A DNA stretch of 50,431 nucleotides from an uncultured Spirochaetaceae bacterium (GTDB lineage: Bacteria; Spirochaetota; Spirochaetia; DSM-27196; SLST01). Positions 25,237 through 36,425 of the stretch are shown here, one piece after another. A program made the translations under genes and the position numbers. The notes beneath the pieces are model-generated. The model made no database searches, had not been told where the DNA came from, and saw nothing but the letters and a program-made list of their open reading frames with translations. Where the stretch lies: the NCBI GenBank assembly GCA_964625715.1, contig CAZVEF010000004.1, positions 1-50,431 on the forward strand. Reading direction: 5' to 3'. The first letter of the stretch is position 1. Each line of letters starts with the position of its first letter.

Positions 25237-27374
25237 CACGAGAACCACGACTGACCCCGAACGACCTTCGTGAGACGCCACCACCCCCACCACGAGCGGC
25301 TCGCGTGCGGCACGAACGGACCGTCCATGGCACGACGGTGCACGACCCCTACGACTGGCTCCGCGATCCCGGCTACCCGGACGTCACCGATGAACGCGTG
25401 CTCGAGTACCTTCGACGCGAGAACGATTACTTCGCCGCGCTGCTCGAGCCGCACCGCCGGTTGATCGATTGCATCCACGAGGAGCTGCGCGCGAGGATCC
25501 GTGAGGACGACGAGTCGGTACCGGTTCGCGACGGCCGGTGGTATCACCAGTGGCGCTTCGGTGCCGGAGACGAGTACCGCGTGCACTATCGCCGACCGGC
25601 CGACCGCGCGGCGTGGGAGGTCGTTCTCGACGAACGGGAGCTCGCCGCGGGGCACGACTACTTCCGGCTCGGCGGGATGGACGTGTCCGACGACTCGCTC
25701 CTCGCCTTCTCCACCGACGTCGACGGCGACGAGCGCTACACGCTCCGGTTTCGCGACCTCACCGGCGCGCGCGAATTCCCGGAGACAATCGACGGCACCA
25801 TCGGCGAGCCCATCTGGCTTCCCGGTGCGAGGACGCTGCTCTATCTCGAGCTGAACGACCAGTGGCGGCCGTTTCGTGTGCGGGCTCATTCGATCGGCAC
25901 TCCTCCCGGAGACGACCCGGTCCTCTACGAGGAGGCCGACGACGGCTTCTTCGTGGAAGTCGATCTGAGTCAGGATCGGCGGTACATCGTGATCGAGACG
26001 GGGGACCACGAGACGACGGAGGTTCGCGTCGTTCCCGCCGATTCGGTCACAGCACCCGCCCGCCTCGTCTCGCCGCGACGCCGCGGTCACGAGTACCACG
26101 TCGACCACGCGTGGAATCGCTTCTACGTGCTGACCAACGACACCTCGATCAACTTCCGAATCGTATCGGCTCCCGACACCGATCCGGGCGAATCGTCCTG
26201 GGAGGAGGTCGTCGCCGGACGCGACGACACGTACCTGCACGGGTTCACGCCGTTCGCTCGCTGTCTCCTCGTCGAGGAGCGCAGCAACGCCGTAGACGAC
26301 ATTGTCGTCTATCCTTACGAGGGCACGCCGTTTCGCGTCGCCTTTCCCGAGGACGTGCACGCCGCTCACGAGGGTGAGAACCCCGAGTTCGACGTTACCA
26401 CCGTACAGGTTCGCTACGAGTCGATGATCACTCCGCCCACCGTATTCGACCTCGACCTGTTCACCGGCGAGCTTGCCCAGCGAAAGCAGCTCGACATTCC
26501 TTCCGGTTACGACCGCCGTCGATTTCGCACGCAGCGACTCTTCGCTCCGGCCCGCGACGGGACGCTCGTTCCGATCACGGTCGTGCATCGGGACGACTTT
26601 GCGCTCGACGGCACCGGCTTTCTTCACCTGTCCGGCTACGGCGCGTACGGCTACGGCATCACGCCGGGCTTCTCGCGCGACGAGCTCAGCCTGCTCGACC
26701 GTGGGTTTGCGTTCGCCGTCGCCCACGTCCGCGGCGGAGACGAGCTCGGCAGACGGTGGTATCTGGATGGAAAGCTCAACAAGCGATGGAACACCTTCAC
26801 CGACTTCATCGACGCGGCGCGTCACCTCGTCGCCGAGGGGTACACCGCTGCGGGAAGAATCTGCGCGAGCGGCGGATCTGCGGGCGGCGAGCTCATGGGC
26901 GTGGTGCTCAACGAGGCGCCCACGCTCTGGGCGGCGGTAGCCGCGCACGTGCCCTTCGTCGACGTGACGAACACGATGCTCGACGACACGCTACCCCTCA
27001 CGCCCATGGAGTGGCCCGAGTGGGGAAACCCGATCGAGAGCAGCGAGGCCTTCGCCTGTATCCGCTCGTACAGCCCCTACGAGAACGTCCGCGCGCAGGC
27101 GTACCCACCGATCTTCGTCACCGCCGGGCTCAACGACCCGCGCGTCACGTACTGGGAGCCGGCGAAGTGGACCGCCGCGCTGCGTTACACGAAAACCGAC
27201 GATAACGTCGTGCTCCTCAAGACCAACATGGCAGCGGGTCACGCCGGAAAATCCGGCCGATTCCAGCACCTCGAAGAGAACGCCGAAGAGATCGCGTTTT
27301 TCCTGCTCGCGACCGGGAAGTCGGTCGAGCCGCCCCGTAACGAAGCGCACGAGCAGCCTGCCTTTGGCGGATGA
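25233..27374 (+). CDS. ptrB: Oligopeptidase B / protease II (S9A)
   Basis: DPYDWLRD, YGAYG, HVRGG, GGSAGG (Ser), NDPRV (Asp) and AGHAG (His). Confidence 0.92.
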   Translation: MTREPRLTPNDLRETPPPPPRAARVRHERTVHGTTVHDPYDWLRDPGYPDVTDERVLEYLRRENDYFAALLEPHRRLIDCIHEELRARIREDDESVPVRDGRWYHQWRFGAGDEYRVHYRRPADRAAWEVVLDERELAAGHDYFRLGGMDVSDDSLLAFSTDVDGDERYTLRFRDLTGAREFPETIDGTIGEPIWLPGARTLLYLELNDQWRPFRVRAHSIGTPPGDDPVLYEEADDGFFVEVDLSQDRRYIVIETGDHETTEVRVVPADSVTAPARLVSPRRRGHEYHVDHAWNRFYVLTNDTSINFRIVSAPDTDPGESSWEEVVAGRDDTYLHGFTPFARCLLVEERSNAVDDIVVYPYEGTPFRVAFPEDVHAAHEGENPEFDVTTVQVRYESMITPPTVFDLDLFTGELAQRKQLDIPSGYDRRRFRTQRLFAPARDGTLVPITVVHRDDFALDGTGFLHLSGYGAYGYGITPGFSRDELSLLDRGFAFAVAHVRGGDELGRRWYLDGKLNKRWNTFTDFIDAARHLVAEGYTAAGRICASGGSAGGELMGVVLNEAPTLWAAVAAHVPFVDVTNTMLDDTLPLTPMEWPEWGNPIESSEAFACIRSYSPYENVRAQAYPPIFVTAGLNDPRVTYWEPAKWTAALRYTKTDDNVVLLKTNMAAGHAGKSGRFQHLEENAEEIAFFLLATGKSVEPPRNEAHEQPAFGG

Positions 27375-27397
27375 GACGCATGGGGCGCCGGTCTCGA

Positions 27398-27435
27398 AAT
27401 GAGAAGAGGCGACCATGGGGTCGCCCCTTCTCATT
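27398..27435 (-). terminator. Hairpin terminator between the convergent ptrB and tRNA-Pro
   Basis: aatgagaagaggcgacc-atgg-ggtcgccccttctcatt; the single mismatch is a G-U pair on the minus strand. Confidence 0.7.
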
Positions 27436-27508
27436 CGGGCTGGGCGGATTTGAACCGCCGACCTCTCGGTCCCGAACCGAGCGCGCTAAGCCCCTGCGCT
27501 ACAGCCCG
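27435..27508 (-). tRNA. tRNA-Pro (CGG), CCA not encoded
   Basis: CGGGCTG acceptor stem, CTCGG-TT-CGG-GA-CCGAG anticodon arm and GTTCAAATC T-loop. Confidence 0.95.
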
Positions 27509-27534
27509 TCGAAAGCCGGCCCCGTGACGGAGCG

Positions 27535-27558
27535 AAAAAACGGCCCCGTACAGGGGCC
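27535..27558 (-). terminator. Terminator-like hairpin between tRNA-Asp and tRNA-Pro
   Basis: Minus strand GGCCCC-TGTAC-GGGGCC-G-TTTTTT. Confidence 0.6.
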
Positions 27559-27566
27559 ACAAACAG

Positions 27567-27641
27567 CGGGAGCGACGGGGATTGAACCCGCGACCTCCGG
27601 CTTGACAGGCCGGCGCGATAAACCAACTTCGCCACGCCCCC
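27567..27641 (-). tRNA. tRNA-Asp (GTC), CCA not encoded
   Basis: GGGGGCG/CGCTCCC acceptor stem, CCGGC-CT-GTC-AA-GCCGG anticodon arm, GTTCAATC T-loop and G discriminator. Confidence 0.95.
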
Positions 27642-27655
27642 GTTTGTGAGCCCGA

Positions 27656-27684
27656 AATATAGCGCCTGAAGCTGCGGCTGTCAA
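27656..27684 (-). promoter_or_regulatory. Sigma70 promoter for the tRNAs: TTGACA-N17-TATATT
   Basis: Near-consensus elements; the -10 lies 14 nt upstream of tRNA-Asp. Confidence 0.85.
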
Positions 27685-27716
27685 GATCACGCCCGAACTT
27701 CACACGGCGCGCCGCG

Positions 27717-27745
27717 TTGACAATACCGGTTGCTTCGATTACGTT
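27717..27745 (+). promoter_or_regulatory. Divergent sigma70 promoter TTGACA-N17-TACGTT for the PPIase operon
   Basis: Perfect -35 element and 17-nt spacer. Confidence 0.7.
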
Positions 27746-27781
27746 CTGGTGAACTTCCAGACACCGTACACAGAGTGAGTA

Positions 27782-29287
27782 ATGAGTACACCCAGCCAGA
27801 AGAAGCCGTCGCAGGAGAACCCGAAGCACCATCGCTCAACCGCAAAGACGCTCACCTACATAGGTACGGTCGTCCTGCTCGTCATCGTCGTCGTGGCCTT
27901 TGTCGGCACCCCCGCGGTCGGCGGTCTCGCCGGAGGTAACCGGATCAGCTTCGGCTCCTACGCCGGGCGTGACATCGACTACCAACCGGGCAACTATCTC
28001 GCCAGGCAGTACCAAGGGCTTGCTCAGCAAGTCCAACAGCAGGATCAGCAGATCAACGACTCGCTCGTTCGCCAGATCTGGCGCGCGGCGTTCGATCAGA
28101 CGGTGCTCCACGAAGCGTTCATGGTTCAGGCGGACAAGGCCGGCGTCGCGGTCTCCTCGCAGGCGGTAGACCGCGCGATCGCGCAGTGGCCCGAGTTCCT
28201 GGTCGACGGCCGTTTCAGCGCGCAGGAATACAACGCGATGTCGAGTCAGGCACGACTCGCGCTGCGGAACTACCTGCGCGAATCGCTCGTCGACCAGCGG
28301 GTTCGCGACGACCTCTTCGAGCGCATCGACCCGACCGAGGCAGAAACGCAGTTCTTCGTCGACATGGCCGGACCCGAGCGTCGGTTCAACTTCGTTCAGT
28401 TCGGCTCCGCGAGCTTCCCCGACTCCGAGGTGACCGACTACGGCGAGGCCAACGCGAACCGCTTCCGCAGGATCAACCTGTCGGTCATCTCGGTGCAAAC
28501 GAGCCAATCCGACGCCGAACGAATCCGCGAACAGGCGGTGAGTCGGCAGACGAGCTTCGAAGACCTCGCCCGCAATCAGAGTACCGACTCGTTCGCCGAC
28601 GACGGCGGGGACATGGGCTGGGTCTACCTCCATGAGCTCGAGCCCGATTTCGAGGACACGTCGGTTATCGAGGAGATCTTTGCGCTCGAAGAGGGCGAGA
28701 TCAGCCGGGTCTTCGAGACGACATTCGGGTGGGCGATCTATCGCGTGGACGAAGCCCCGATCGAGCCCGACTTCACCGACGCGAGCGTGATCACCGCGGT
28801 GCGCGACTACATGACATCCTTCGAGCGAGGTCTCATTGAGGATTACCTGGAGTCGCAAGCCGATGAGTTCGTCGCGCAGGCACGGGCCGACGGCTTCGCG
28901 GCGGCGAGCGCCGGCATCAACCAGTCCCCGGCGACGACCGACTACTTCCCGGTGAACTACGGGAACACGCGTTACTTCGGAGAGGTGAACGCGAGCTCCA
29001 ACGCGGCGCTTTCGGCGGCGGCGTTTCGCGAGGACTTCTTCGAAGAACTCTTCGCGCTCTCGGAAGACGAGGTGAGCGACCCCATGGTCGTTCGCGACTA
29101 CGTGTTCGTCTTTCAGCTCGCCGACGAGCGCCCGCCGGAAGAGAGCACCATCGACGCGCTCGACTCCGGCACTCCGCGGATCATCCGCCGTTTTGCGCAA
29201 GAGCAGATCCAAGACGTGCTGGTGGACGACGAACTGCTCGTCGACGACTTCGACGCGACGTACAACAGGGCTATCCTCGGACGCTAA
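27782..29287 (+). CDS. Membrane-anchored SurA/PpiD-like chaperone with a parvulin PPIase domain
   Basis: N-terminal TM helix; SFEDLARNQSTD....GGDMGW and ETTFGW parvulin motifs. Confidence 0.8.
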   Translation: MSTPSQKKPSQENPKHHRSTAKTLTYIGTVVLLVIVVVAFVGTPAVGGLAGGNRISFGSYAGRDIDYQPGNYLARQYQGLAQQVQQQDQQINDSLVRQIWRAAFDQTVLHEAFMVQADKAGVAVSSQAVDRAIAQWPEFLVDGRFSAQEYNAMSSQARLALRNYLRESLVDQRVRDDLFERIDPTEAETQFFVDMAGPERRFNFVQFGSASFPDSEVTDYGEANANRFRRINLSVISVQTSQSDAERIREQAVSRQTSFEDLARNQSTDSFADDGGDMGWVYLHELEPDFEDTSVIEEIFALEEGEISRVFETTFGWAIYRVDEAPIEPDFTDASVITAVRDYMTSFERGLIEDYLESQADEFVAQARADGFAAASAGINQSPATTDYFPVNYGNTRYFGEVNASSNAALSAAAFREDFFEELFALSEDEVSDPMVVRDYVFVFQLADERPPEESTIDALDSGTPRIIRRFAQEQIQDVLVDDELLVDDFDATYNRAILGR

Positions 29288-30874
29288 GTGGAGCCGGAGC
29301 TTCGCCTCGAGCAGACCCCTCACGGATCGCAGATCTACTATCGAGGTCGCAGGCTCTACGGCCCACGGCCTGAGCTGGACGCCGGCCGCCGCGCCGCTGC
29401 GGCCGGCGTATCGCCCGACACGCTCGTCCTCTGGTTCTCACCGCTGGTCTGGCACGGCTGGCGCGAGCTCGCTGAGAGGATCGCAGGATCGACGGACGTC
29501 GTCGCAGTAGAGGCCGACCCCATCCTGTTCGAGCTCTCGCGGCGCACACGCCCCGAAGAGCTCTCCAATCGCTTCTCGCTGATTCGCGCGACGGACCGGG
29601 AGATGCTTGCAGCGCTCAGACGCGCGGGAGAGCATCGGTATCGCCGGGTCACGGAGGTGACGACCTGCGCCTCCTCGCTCGCGCATCGCGCCGCCTACCG
29701 CGCATTGCGCGACCTCGCCGAGCGTGAGATCCGCGTATTCTGGCAGAATCGCCTTACGCTGTCGGCGATGGGCCGGCTCTGGATCCGGAACCTCGTCGAG
29801 AACGTTCCGGAGTTGGTGCACGCCGATGCGCTCCCCGCGCTCTGCGGCCCCGTCGTCGTCTGCGGTGCCGGCCCGTCGCTCGAGCAAGCGTTGCCGGCGA
29901 TCGCCCGCCACCGCTCTGCGGTGCGGGTGCTCGCAGTCGACACCGCGGTGGCGGTGCTCGACGCTGTGGGCGTCCGTCCGGACGTCGTGATCGCGCTCGA
30001 GGGGCAGCTCGCCAACGCCTACGACTTCCTCCCGGTCACCAGCAGGGATTACCGCCTCGTCACCGACCTCACCGCCGACCCGACGACCGCGCGTCTCCAC
30101 GCTCGTCGCAGCTGGACGCTCACCGCGTTCGCGCCGGTCGGACTGCTCGACCGTGCCGCGGCGCTCCCGGGGATCGCGGCGATGATGCCCGCGCTCGGCT
30201 CGGTCGGCGTCGCCGCGGTCCGACTCGCGGCGATGCAGGGCGCCTCGCCGATCTTCCTGGCCGGGCTCGACTTCGCGGTGCTACCCGGCACGACCCACGC
30301 GCGCGGGGCACCGGTCTACCTGAACGCGTTCGCGACGTGCGACCGTCTCCGTCGGCCGACCGACGCCGCGCTCGCGGCGAGACTCGTCCGTCTGCCGGGA
30401 CCGCACGGTCCCGTCGCTTCCACGCTCGTCCTCAAAGGCTACGCCGATGAGCTGCGCTCGCTCGTTGCGAAGCGAACCGACGTGTTCGCGCTCGAACCGA
30501 TCGGTCTCGATGTCGGTGCGCCGTCGATCGATCGCGAAGAACTCTCCCGGCTGGCGGCAGCGCTGCCCGCGGCACCCTCGGCGTCGAGCGGGAGGCCGAC
30601 GACGACGGCCGTCGAGCGTCGCGCACGGCTCGCGGCGTTCGTCCGCGCGGAGATCGACCTGCTCGACTCGGTCGACTTCTCGGACGGCTCGGGGGTAGAC
30701 GAGCTCCCCCGGCCGGTCGACTATCTGGCAAGCGAGATCCCCGAGCGCATCGAGAGCCTCTCCGAACGGGTGCATCTCGCACCGCTCGACCGGTCGGCGC
30801 GGGCGAGGTTACGCATCACCGCCGACTATTACCGGGACCGATGGAGCGCGACGCTCGGCCGTCTGCAGCGGTGA
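29288..30874 (+). CDS. Maf/DUF115 (MptE-like) family protein, possibly a flagellin glycosyltransferase
   Basis: VVVCGAGPSL, AVDTA, GVRPDVVI, GSV and IFLAGLDFA.....HA motifs. Confidence 0.7.
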   Translation: MEPELRLEQTPHGSQIYYRGRRLYGPRPELDAGRRAAAAGVSPDTLVLWFSPLVWHGWRELAERIAGSTDVVAVEADPILFELSRRTRPEELSNRFSLIRATDREMLAALRRAGEHRYRRVTEVTTCASSLAHRAAYRALRDLAEREIRVFWQNRLTLSAMGRLWIRNLVENVPELVHADALPALCGPVVVCGAGPSLEQALPAIARHRSAVRVLAVDTAVAVLDAVGVRPDVVIALEGQLANAYDFLPVTSRDYRLVTDLTADPTTARLHARRSWTLTAFAPVGLLDRAAALPGIAAMMPALGSVGVAAVRLAAMQGASPIFLAGLDFAVLPGTTHARGAPVYLNAFATCDRLRRPTDAALAARLVRLPGPHGPVASTLVLKGYADELRSLVAKRTDVFALEPIGLDVGAPSIDREELSRLAAALPAAPSASSGRPTTTAVERRARLAAFVRAEIDLLDSVDFSDGSGVDELPRPVDYLASEIPERIESLSERVHLAPLDRSARARLRITADYYRDRWSATLGRLQR

Positions 30875-30878
30875 GCGG

Positions 30879-32681
30879 TCACGTCTCTTCGCTCTTCAGC
30901 GCCGCCAGAAAGGCGGTCTGCGGGACTTCGACGTTCCCGACGAGCTTCATCCGCTTCTTGCCTTCCTTCTGCTTCTCGAGCAGTTTGCGCTTCCGCGTGA
31001 TGTCGCCGCCGTAGCACTTCGCCGTTACGTCCTTGCGTACCGCGTTGATCGTCTCCCGGGCGATGATCGTTCCGCCGATCGCGCCCTGCAGCGGGATCTT
31101 GAACTGGTGGCGGGGAATCTCGTCCTTGAGCTTCCGGCAGATCGTCCGGGCACGGTCGGCGGCGGTGTCGCGGAAGACGAGCTGGCTGAGCGCGTCGACC
31201 GGCTTGCCGCCCACGAGGATGTCGAGCTTGGCGAGCTTCGTCTCGCGGTAACCGATCATCTCGTAGTCGAACGAGGCGTACCCGCGGCTGATGCTCTTGA
31301 GCTTGTCGTAGAAATCGAAGAGCACCTCCGCGAGCGGCATCTCGTACACGAGCTCCACCCGGCGCGAGTCGAGATAGTGCATCGTCACCTGAACGCCGCG
31401 TTTCTCCATGCAGAGCGTCATGACGTTGCCCACGTAGTCGGTCGGAGTCATGATGTCGGCCCGGATGAACGGCTCGTACGCCCGCTCGACCTTGTCTTCG
31501 CCGGGGTAGAACTCCGGGTTGTCGACCTCGAGCTCCTCCCCGTCGGCGGTCTCGAGCCGGTACTTCACAGACGGCGCGGTGAGAATGATCGAGAGGTCGA
31601 ACTCGCGTTCGAGCCGCTCCTGGATAACCTCCAGGTGAAGCAGGCCCAGAAACCCGCACCGGAACCCGAACCCGAGCGCGGCAGAGCTGTCCTTCTCGTA
31701 GACGAGCGACGCGTCGTTCAGCGTGAGCCGATCCATCGCGGCCGACAGCTCGTCGTAGTCGTTCGCGTCGATAGGATAGATCGAGCTGAAAACGACCGGC
31801 TTGACCTCGCGGAACCCGGGCAGCGGCGCGTCGCAGGGGTGAGCGGCGTGCGTTATGGTATCGCCGACCCGGATATCCGAGATGTTCTTGATGCCGGCGA
31901 CGATGTACCCGACGTCGCCGGCCTGCAACTCCTCGGTTTCGGCGAGGATGATCCGAAACTGACCGGTCGCCTCGATCTTGTAGCGCCCGCCGGACGACCA
32001 CACGAGAATCTCGTCGCCCGGGTTGAGCGTCCCGTCGAAGACGCGCAGGTGCACGATGACGCCGCGGTACGCGTCGTAGTGCGAGTCGAAGATGAGCGCA
32101 CGAAGCGGGGCCTCGGTGTCTCCGCTCGGCGCTGGGATCCGTTGGACGAGAGCCTCGAGGAGCTCGGGGACACCCTCGCCGGTCTTCGCCGAGATGAGCA
32201 GCGCCGAATCGGCGTCGAGCCCCAGGTCGTTCTCGATCTCCTCCTTGACGCGCTCGATCTCCGCACCGGGGAGATCGATCTTGTTGATGACCGGAATGAT
32301 CTCCAGATTGTGGTCCATCGCGAGGTAGAGGTTCGACAGCGTCTGAGCCTCCACGCCCTGCGTCGCGTCGACGAGCAGCAGCGCTCCGTCGCACGCGCTG
32401 ATCGCACGCGAGACTTCGTAGGAGAAATCGACGTGGCCCGGGGTGTCGACGAGGTTGAGCTCGTAACTCCGTCCGTCGCCGGCGACGTACGGCAGGCGGA
32501 CCGCCTGGCTCTTGATCGTGATGCCCCGCTCGCGCTCGATGTCCATCGAGTCGAGAATCTGATCCTGGAACTCGCGCTCGGCGACGATCTTCGCGCGCTG
32601 GATGAACCGATCGGCGAGCGTACTCTTCCCGTGGTCAATGTGGGCGATGATGCAGAAATTGCGGATATGGTCTTGCGTCAT
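30879..32681 (-). CDS. lepA: Translation elongation factor 4 (LepA)
   Basis: [31 protein letters not shown] and [25 protein letters not shown]. Confidence 0.98.
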   Translation of the reverse strand: MTQDHIRNFCIIAHIDHGKSTLADRFIQRAKIVAEREFQDQILDSMDIERERGITIKSQAVRLPYVAGDGRSYELNLVDTPGHVDFSYEVSRAISACDGALLLVDATQGVEAQTLSNLYLAMDHNLEIIPVINKIDLPGAEIERVKEEIENDLGLDADSALLISAKTGEGVPELLEALVQRIPAPSGDTEAPLRALIFDSHYDAYRGVIVHLRVFDGTLNPGDEILVWSSGGRYKIEATGQFRIILAETEELQAGDVGYIVAGIKNISDIRVGDTITHAAHPCDAPLPGFREVKPVVFSSIYPIDANDYDELSAAMDRLTLNDASLVYEKDSSAALGFGFRCGFLGLLHLEVIQERLEREFDLSIILTAPSVKYRLETADGEELEVDNPEFYPGEDKVERAYEPFIRADIMTPTDYVGNVMTLCMEKRGVQVTMHYLDSRRVELVYEMPLAEVLFDFYDKLKSISRGYASFDYEMIGYRETKLAKLDILVGGKPVDALSQLVFRDTAADRARTICRKLKDEIPRHQFKIPLQGAIGGTIIARETINAVRKDVTAKCYGGDITRKRKLLEKQKEGKKRMKLVGNVEVPQTAFLAALKSEET

Positions 32682-32713
32682 AGGAGGTGGAGCAAACAAT
32701 AGCGAAACGCGGG

Positions 32714-34627
32714 TCACTCGTCCAGAATCGCCCGAACCCGCGCGACGAGCCGGGCCGGATCGATTGGCTTCTGCATGAACCGCGTACCGAGACGGCGGCG
32801 TTCGTCATCGTCCAGATACGCCTCCGGATATCCGGAGATGAACAGGCATCTCATCCCCGGGTGCTGGCCGATCAGACGTTCGGCGAGCTCGCGCCCCGAG
32901 AGGTGAGGCATGACGACGTCGGTGATGAGCAGTTGCACGCTGTCCCCGTGCTGCTCATCCACGAGAACGGCTTCACCGGCGTTTGCTGCCTCGAGCACCT
33001 GGTAACCTTTCCGTCGCAGCACGCGCGCCAACAAGGCCCGAATCGCTTCGTCGTCCTCGACGAGCAGAATCGTCTCGGCTCCGCCCGACGCACCCGATAT
33101 CGATTCGGGCTCATCCCGCTCACCGGACCCGCCGGCGTGTACGGGAAGGTAGACGGCAAACGTCGTTCCCCGTCCCTCCACGCTGTCGAGGTCGATGAAG
33201 CCTCCGCTCTGCGCGACGATTCCGTATGCGGTCGACAGACCGAGCCCCGTTCCCTGCCCCACGCCCTTCGTCGTGAAGAACGGCTCGAATACGCGTTCCA
33301 TTACGTCCGGGCTCATACCCACGCCCGTGTCGCGGACAACGATCGCCACAAAAGCGCCCGGCTCAACCCCCTCGTGGCCCTCGACGTGCCGCGCGTCCAC
33401 GTCCCGCACCTCGGTACGAATCGCGAGGCGCCCCCCGCCCGGCATCGCATCGCGTGCGTTCACCACCAGGTTCATCAGCACCTGTTCGAGCTGGCTCGGG
33501 TCGACGAGCACGTGGGCGGGGCTTGCGGCCAGATCTACCTGGGTGCGAACATCGTCGCTCACGAGCCGCCGGATCATCTTCTCCATGTCGGCGACGATCT
33601 CGTTCACGTCCACGACGCGCGGCTCGAGCATCTGGTGGCGGCTGAACGCGAGCAGCTGCCTCGTCAGCGCGGCCGAGCGCATCGCGGCCTTCTGAATCCC
33701 GTCTACGTCGGACTGAAGCGCCTCCGGCTCGTCGACGGCGTGGGCGAGCCCTTCCTTGAGCAGCTTGGCGTAGCCGAGGATGACGGTGAGCAGGTTGTTG
33801 AAGTCATGCGCGATCCCGCCGGTCAGACGTCCGACCGCCTCCATCTTCTGCGAACGTCGCAGTTGCTCTTCCTGGCGGCGTAGCGCCTCCTGCTGCTCGA
33901 GGCGCTCGGAGACGTCGCGGATGACCACCACCCACCCGCTGCGCACGCCGTCCCTGGTGAGCAGCGGCGCGAGCTCGCGCTCCACGGCGATCGTGGTCCC
34001 ATCGTCCCGATCGAGGAAGAGCTGCCCGTCGCAATCGGCGACGGGGTTGACCGACTCGCGGTTCTCGAGGCGAAGCGGCAGCACGGCGGACAGCCCGCAC
34101 CCGACGATGTCGTCTCGATCCCTCCCGAGTATCGACTCGGCAACGCTGTTCGAGAAATCGATACGATACGCCTCGTCGGTGACCAGCACCCCATCCTGGA
34201 TACTCTCGAGCGTTGTGCTGAAGAGCCGCTCGCGACGCTGGAGCTGCTGTTCCATCGTGTGGCGGTACAGCGAGATCACCACCGCGTTGCGCAGCTCCCG
34301 CTCGTCGAACGGCTTGACGATGAAGGCGAACGGCTGTGCGAGTTTCGCGCGTTCGAGCGTTTCCTGCGTATCGAGCGCGGTCAGCAGGATAACGGGGATG
34401 TCGAAACGCTGTTTGACCAGTTTCGCCGTTTCGACTCCGTCGAGCTCGCCCTTGAGGATGATATCGAGCAGCACAAGATCGACCTCGAGCTGCGGGAGGC
34501 TCTCGAGCAAGCTCTCACCGCTCGCGAAGACGGCGGGCACCTCGTAACCGAGGTGCTCGAGCTGGAGCTTGATGTCGAGCGCGACGATGTTTTCGTCTTC
34601 GACCACGACGATGCGTTGCGTATCCAA
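32714..34627 (-). CDS. Cytoplasmic hybrid histidine kinase REC-PAS-HisKA-HATPase-REC
   Basis: IVVVEDE/LLDI receiver, [11 protein letters not shown]-box, [24 protein letters not shown], and C-terminal LITDVVMP receiver. Confidence 0.93.
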   Translation of the reverse strand: MDTQRIVVVEDENIVALDIKLQLEHLGYEVPAVFASGESLLESLPQLEVDLVLLDIILKGELDGVETAKLVKQRFDIPVILLTALDTQETLERAKLAQPFAFIVKPFDERELRNAVVISLYRHTMEQQLQRRERLFSTTLESIQDGVLVTDEAYRIDFSNSVAESILGRDRDDIVGCGLSAVLPLRLENRESVNPVADCDGQLFLDRDDGTTIAVERELAPLLTRDGVRSGWVVVIRDVSERLEQQEALRRQEEQLRRSQKMEAVGRLTGGIAHDFNNLLTVILGYAKLLKEGLAHAVDEPEALQSDVDGIQKAAMRSAALTRQLLAFSRHQMLEPRVVDVNEIVADMEKMIRRLVSDDVRTQVDLAASPAHVLVDPSQLEQVLMNLVVNARDAMPGGGRLAIRTEVRDVDARHVEGHEGVEPGAFVAIVVRDTGVGMSPDVMERVFEPFFTTKGVGQGTGLGLSTAYGIVAQSGGFIDLDSVEGRGTTFAVYLPVHAGGSGERDEPESISGASGGAETILLVEDDEAIRALLARVLRRKGYQVLEAANAGEAVLVDEQHGDSVQLLITDVVMPHLSGRELAERLIGQHPGMRCLFISGYPEAYLDDDERRRLGTRFMQKPIDPARLVARVRAILDE

Positions 34628-34650
34628 TCAATCCCCCCGGCCGATGCGTA

Positions 34651-36423
34651 CTACAACAGGTTATCGCGTTCCACGTACGCTCCGAGCTGGATGCCGGTCT
34701 GCATGAACCCCTCGGTCCGCTTCCGGATGAACATACGCAGATACACTGTATCAAGCTCGTCATCAAAGTCGAAGTCGCGCTCGACGAAGGTGTCACCGGA
34801 CGAGATGCCCGTCTCGTCCGCGATGCTCCCCGGGTAGACGTGCGTCACACGGTAGCTCTGCCTGAGCGAAAAGCCGCCTGTGCGCTCGACGCGCATCCCG
34901 AAGAGAACCGGATACAGCCGATCGTGCAGGTCTGCCTCGAGCGCTTGCTCGACCGGACTCGCCGGCCGCTCGACCAGCGAAACGACCCCCGACAGAGTAT
35001 CTCCGTCGCGAAGCCACCCGACCTCCACGAGTGAACCGGGCTCCCTCCTGAGAAGAAACGACTGCGCGGCGGCGATATCGCGCGCCGGCCACTCGCCGAA
35101 GGTGCTCAGCACGTCGCCTGCGAGGATGCCGGCCTCCTCGGCCGGCGAGCCGCTCGCCACGTAGGTCACCTCGAGTCCCTCGGCTGCGCGCTCGACCGCA
35201 ACACCGATCCAGGGGAGCGCGACAGGACCTTCCGTGTAGAGGTCGGGGAGGAAGGTGTGAATCCAGTACGAAGGAATCGCGAAGTTCACGCCCTCGAACT
35301 GCTCGATTCCGGCGAACACCACCCCGACGAGCCGCCCCTGCCGGTCGAGCAACGGCCCCCCGGAGTTGCCCGGGTTGACCGGGACGTCCATCTGCATCGC
35401 GTCGCCCATCTGCAGAAAGCGCCGCCCCACCGCGGAGATGATCCCGGAGGTTATCGAGTTCTCCAGGCCGCCGGGCGATCCTATCGCCACGATGTCGGAG
35501 CCCGGCTCGAGCGATCGGATGTCGGTGAACGAGAATACGTACGGCGCGTCGACTTCCACCTTCAGTAGCGCCACGTCGAAGATCCGGCTGTAGCCGACAA
35601 CACGAGCCGGGATCCGGGTGTCGGGATCCGACGGCAACTTCACGTAGAGACGCGAGTATCCTTCGTACTCGGGGTCGACCTCGCTGGAGATGATGTGGTA
35701 ATTCGTGACGAGGTAGCCCCGCGGGTCGACGAAAAAGCCGCTGCCGATTACACGGTCAGGAATCCCCATCCCGCGCTCGAGTCTGATCCCACGGTTCACC
35801 CAGATGGTGACCACTCCCTCGCTCATCTCCACCGGGCTTGCGTCGCTGCCGGCAAACTCGACCGCATCCGGGTTGTCGCGTCGCCAGCCCGGCCCGAGGA
35901 TCTCCGCGAACATCGATACCGTGTGACGGTTGTTCAGGTCAACCGCGGCCTCCACCGCGCGCTCGAGCGCGACCCGCGGGAGCGACGAGAGCGACGGCGA
36001 TCGCTCCAACACGGCGAGGGCCGCCGCGTCGTTGCCTTCGTCGGCGAGCTGGCTCGCGTACTCGAGGTGAAGCCGGGAGAGAAGCTCGCGATCAATCTCT
36101 TCTGCGCCCAGGACGGCGAGATTCCGGTGCGCCCGGATCGCGTCGCGCGGGCGCTCCTCGGCGCGAGCCTCATCGTACTCGCGTCGGATGCCGTCTATCG
36201 CGTCGGCGAGCAGGGAGTCCAGCTCGCTCTGCGGAAGCACATCGTCCCTGCGGAGCGCGGTGATGCGCTGAACCGCCCGCTCGGGACGGCCGGCGTCGAT
36301 GTGCGCGAGCAGCTCCGAGCGCACGACGTCGGGACGCGGGCGAACCGGCGCGTCGACCCCGGTGGCGCACGAGGAGAGTACCGCGGCAAGGACGGCGAAC
36401 GTGCCCCACGTGAACGTTCTCAC
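34651..36423 (-). CDS. HtrA-like (S1C) serine protease lipoprotein with PDZ domain(s)
   Basis: Lipobox LSSC; GSGF, TNYH, DVALL and NPGNSGGPL triad motifs; SPAEEAGILAGD PDZ. Confidence 0.88.
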   Translation of the reverse strand: MRTFTWGTFAVLAAVLSSCATGVDAPVRPRPDVVRSELLAHIDAGRPERAVQRITALRRDDVLPQSELDSLLADAIDGIRREYDEARAEERPRDAIRAHRNLAVLGAEEIDRELLSRLHLEYASQLADEGNDAAALAVLERSPSLSSLPRVALERAVEAAVDLNNRHTVSMFAEILGPGWRRDNPDAVEFAGSDASPVEMSEGVVTIWVNRGIRLERGMGIPDRVIGSGFFVDPRGYLVTNYHIISSEVDPEYEGYSRLYVKLPSDPDTRIPARVVGYSRIFDVALLKVEVDAPYVFSFTDIRSLEPGSDIVAIGSPGGLENSITSGIISAVGRRFLQMGDAMQMDVPVNPGNSGGPLLDRQGRLVGVVFAGIEQFEGVNFAIPSYWIHTFLPDLYTEGPVALPWIGVAVERAAEGLEVTYVASGSPAEEAGILAGDVLSTFGEWPARDIAAAQSFLLRREPGSLVEVGWLRDGDTLSGVVSLVERPASPVEQALEADLHDRLYPVLFGMRVERTGGFSLRQSYRVTHVYPGSIADETGISSGDTFVERDFDFDDELDTVYLRMFIRKRTEGFMQTGIQLGAYVERDNLL

Positions 36424-36425
36424 AC

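Noticed and set aside
27375-27781. tRNA genes as a possible integration site for an island
   Set aside because: No integrase, no duplicated tRNA 3' end, and no evident compositional shift in the flanks.
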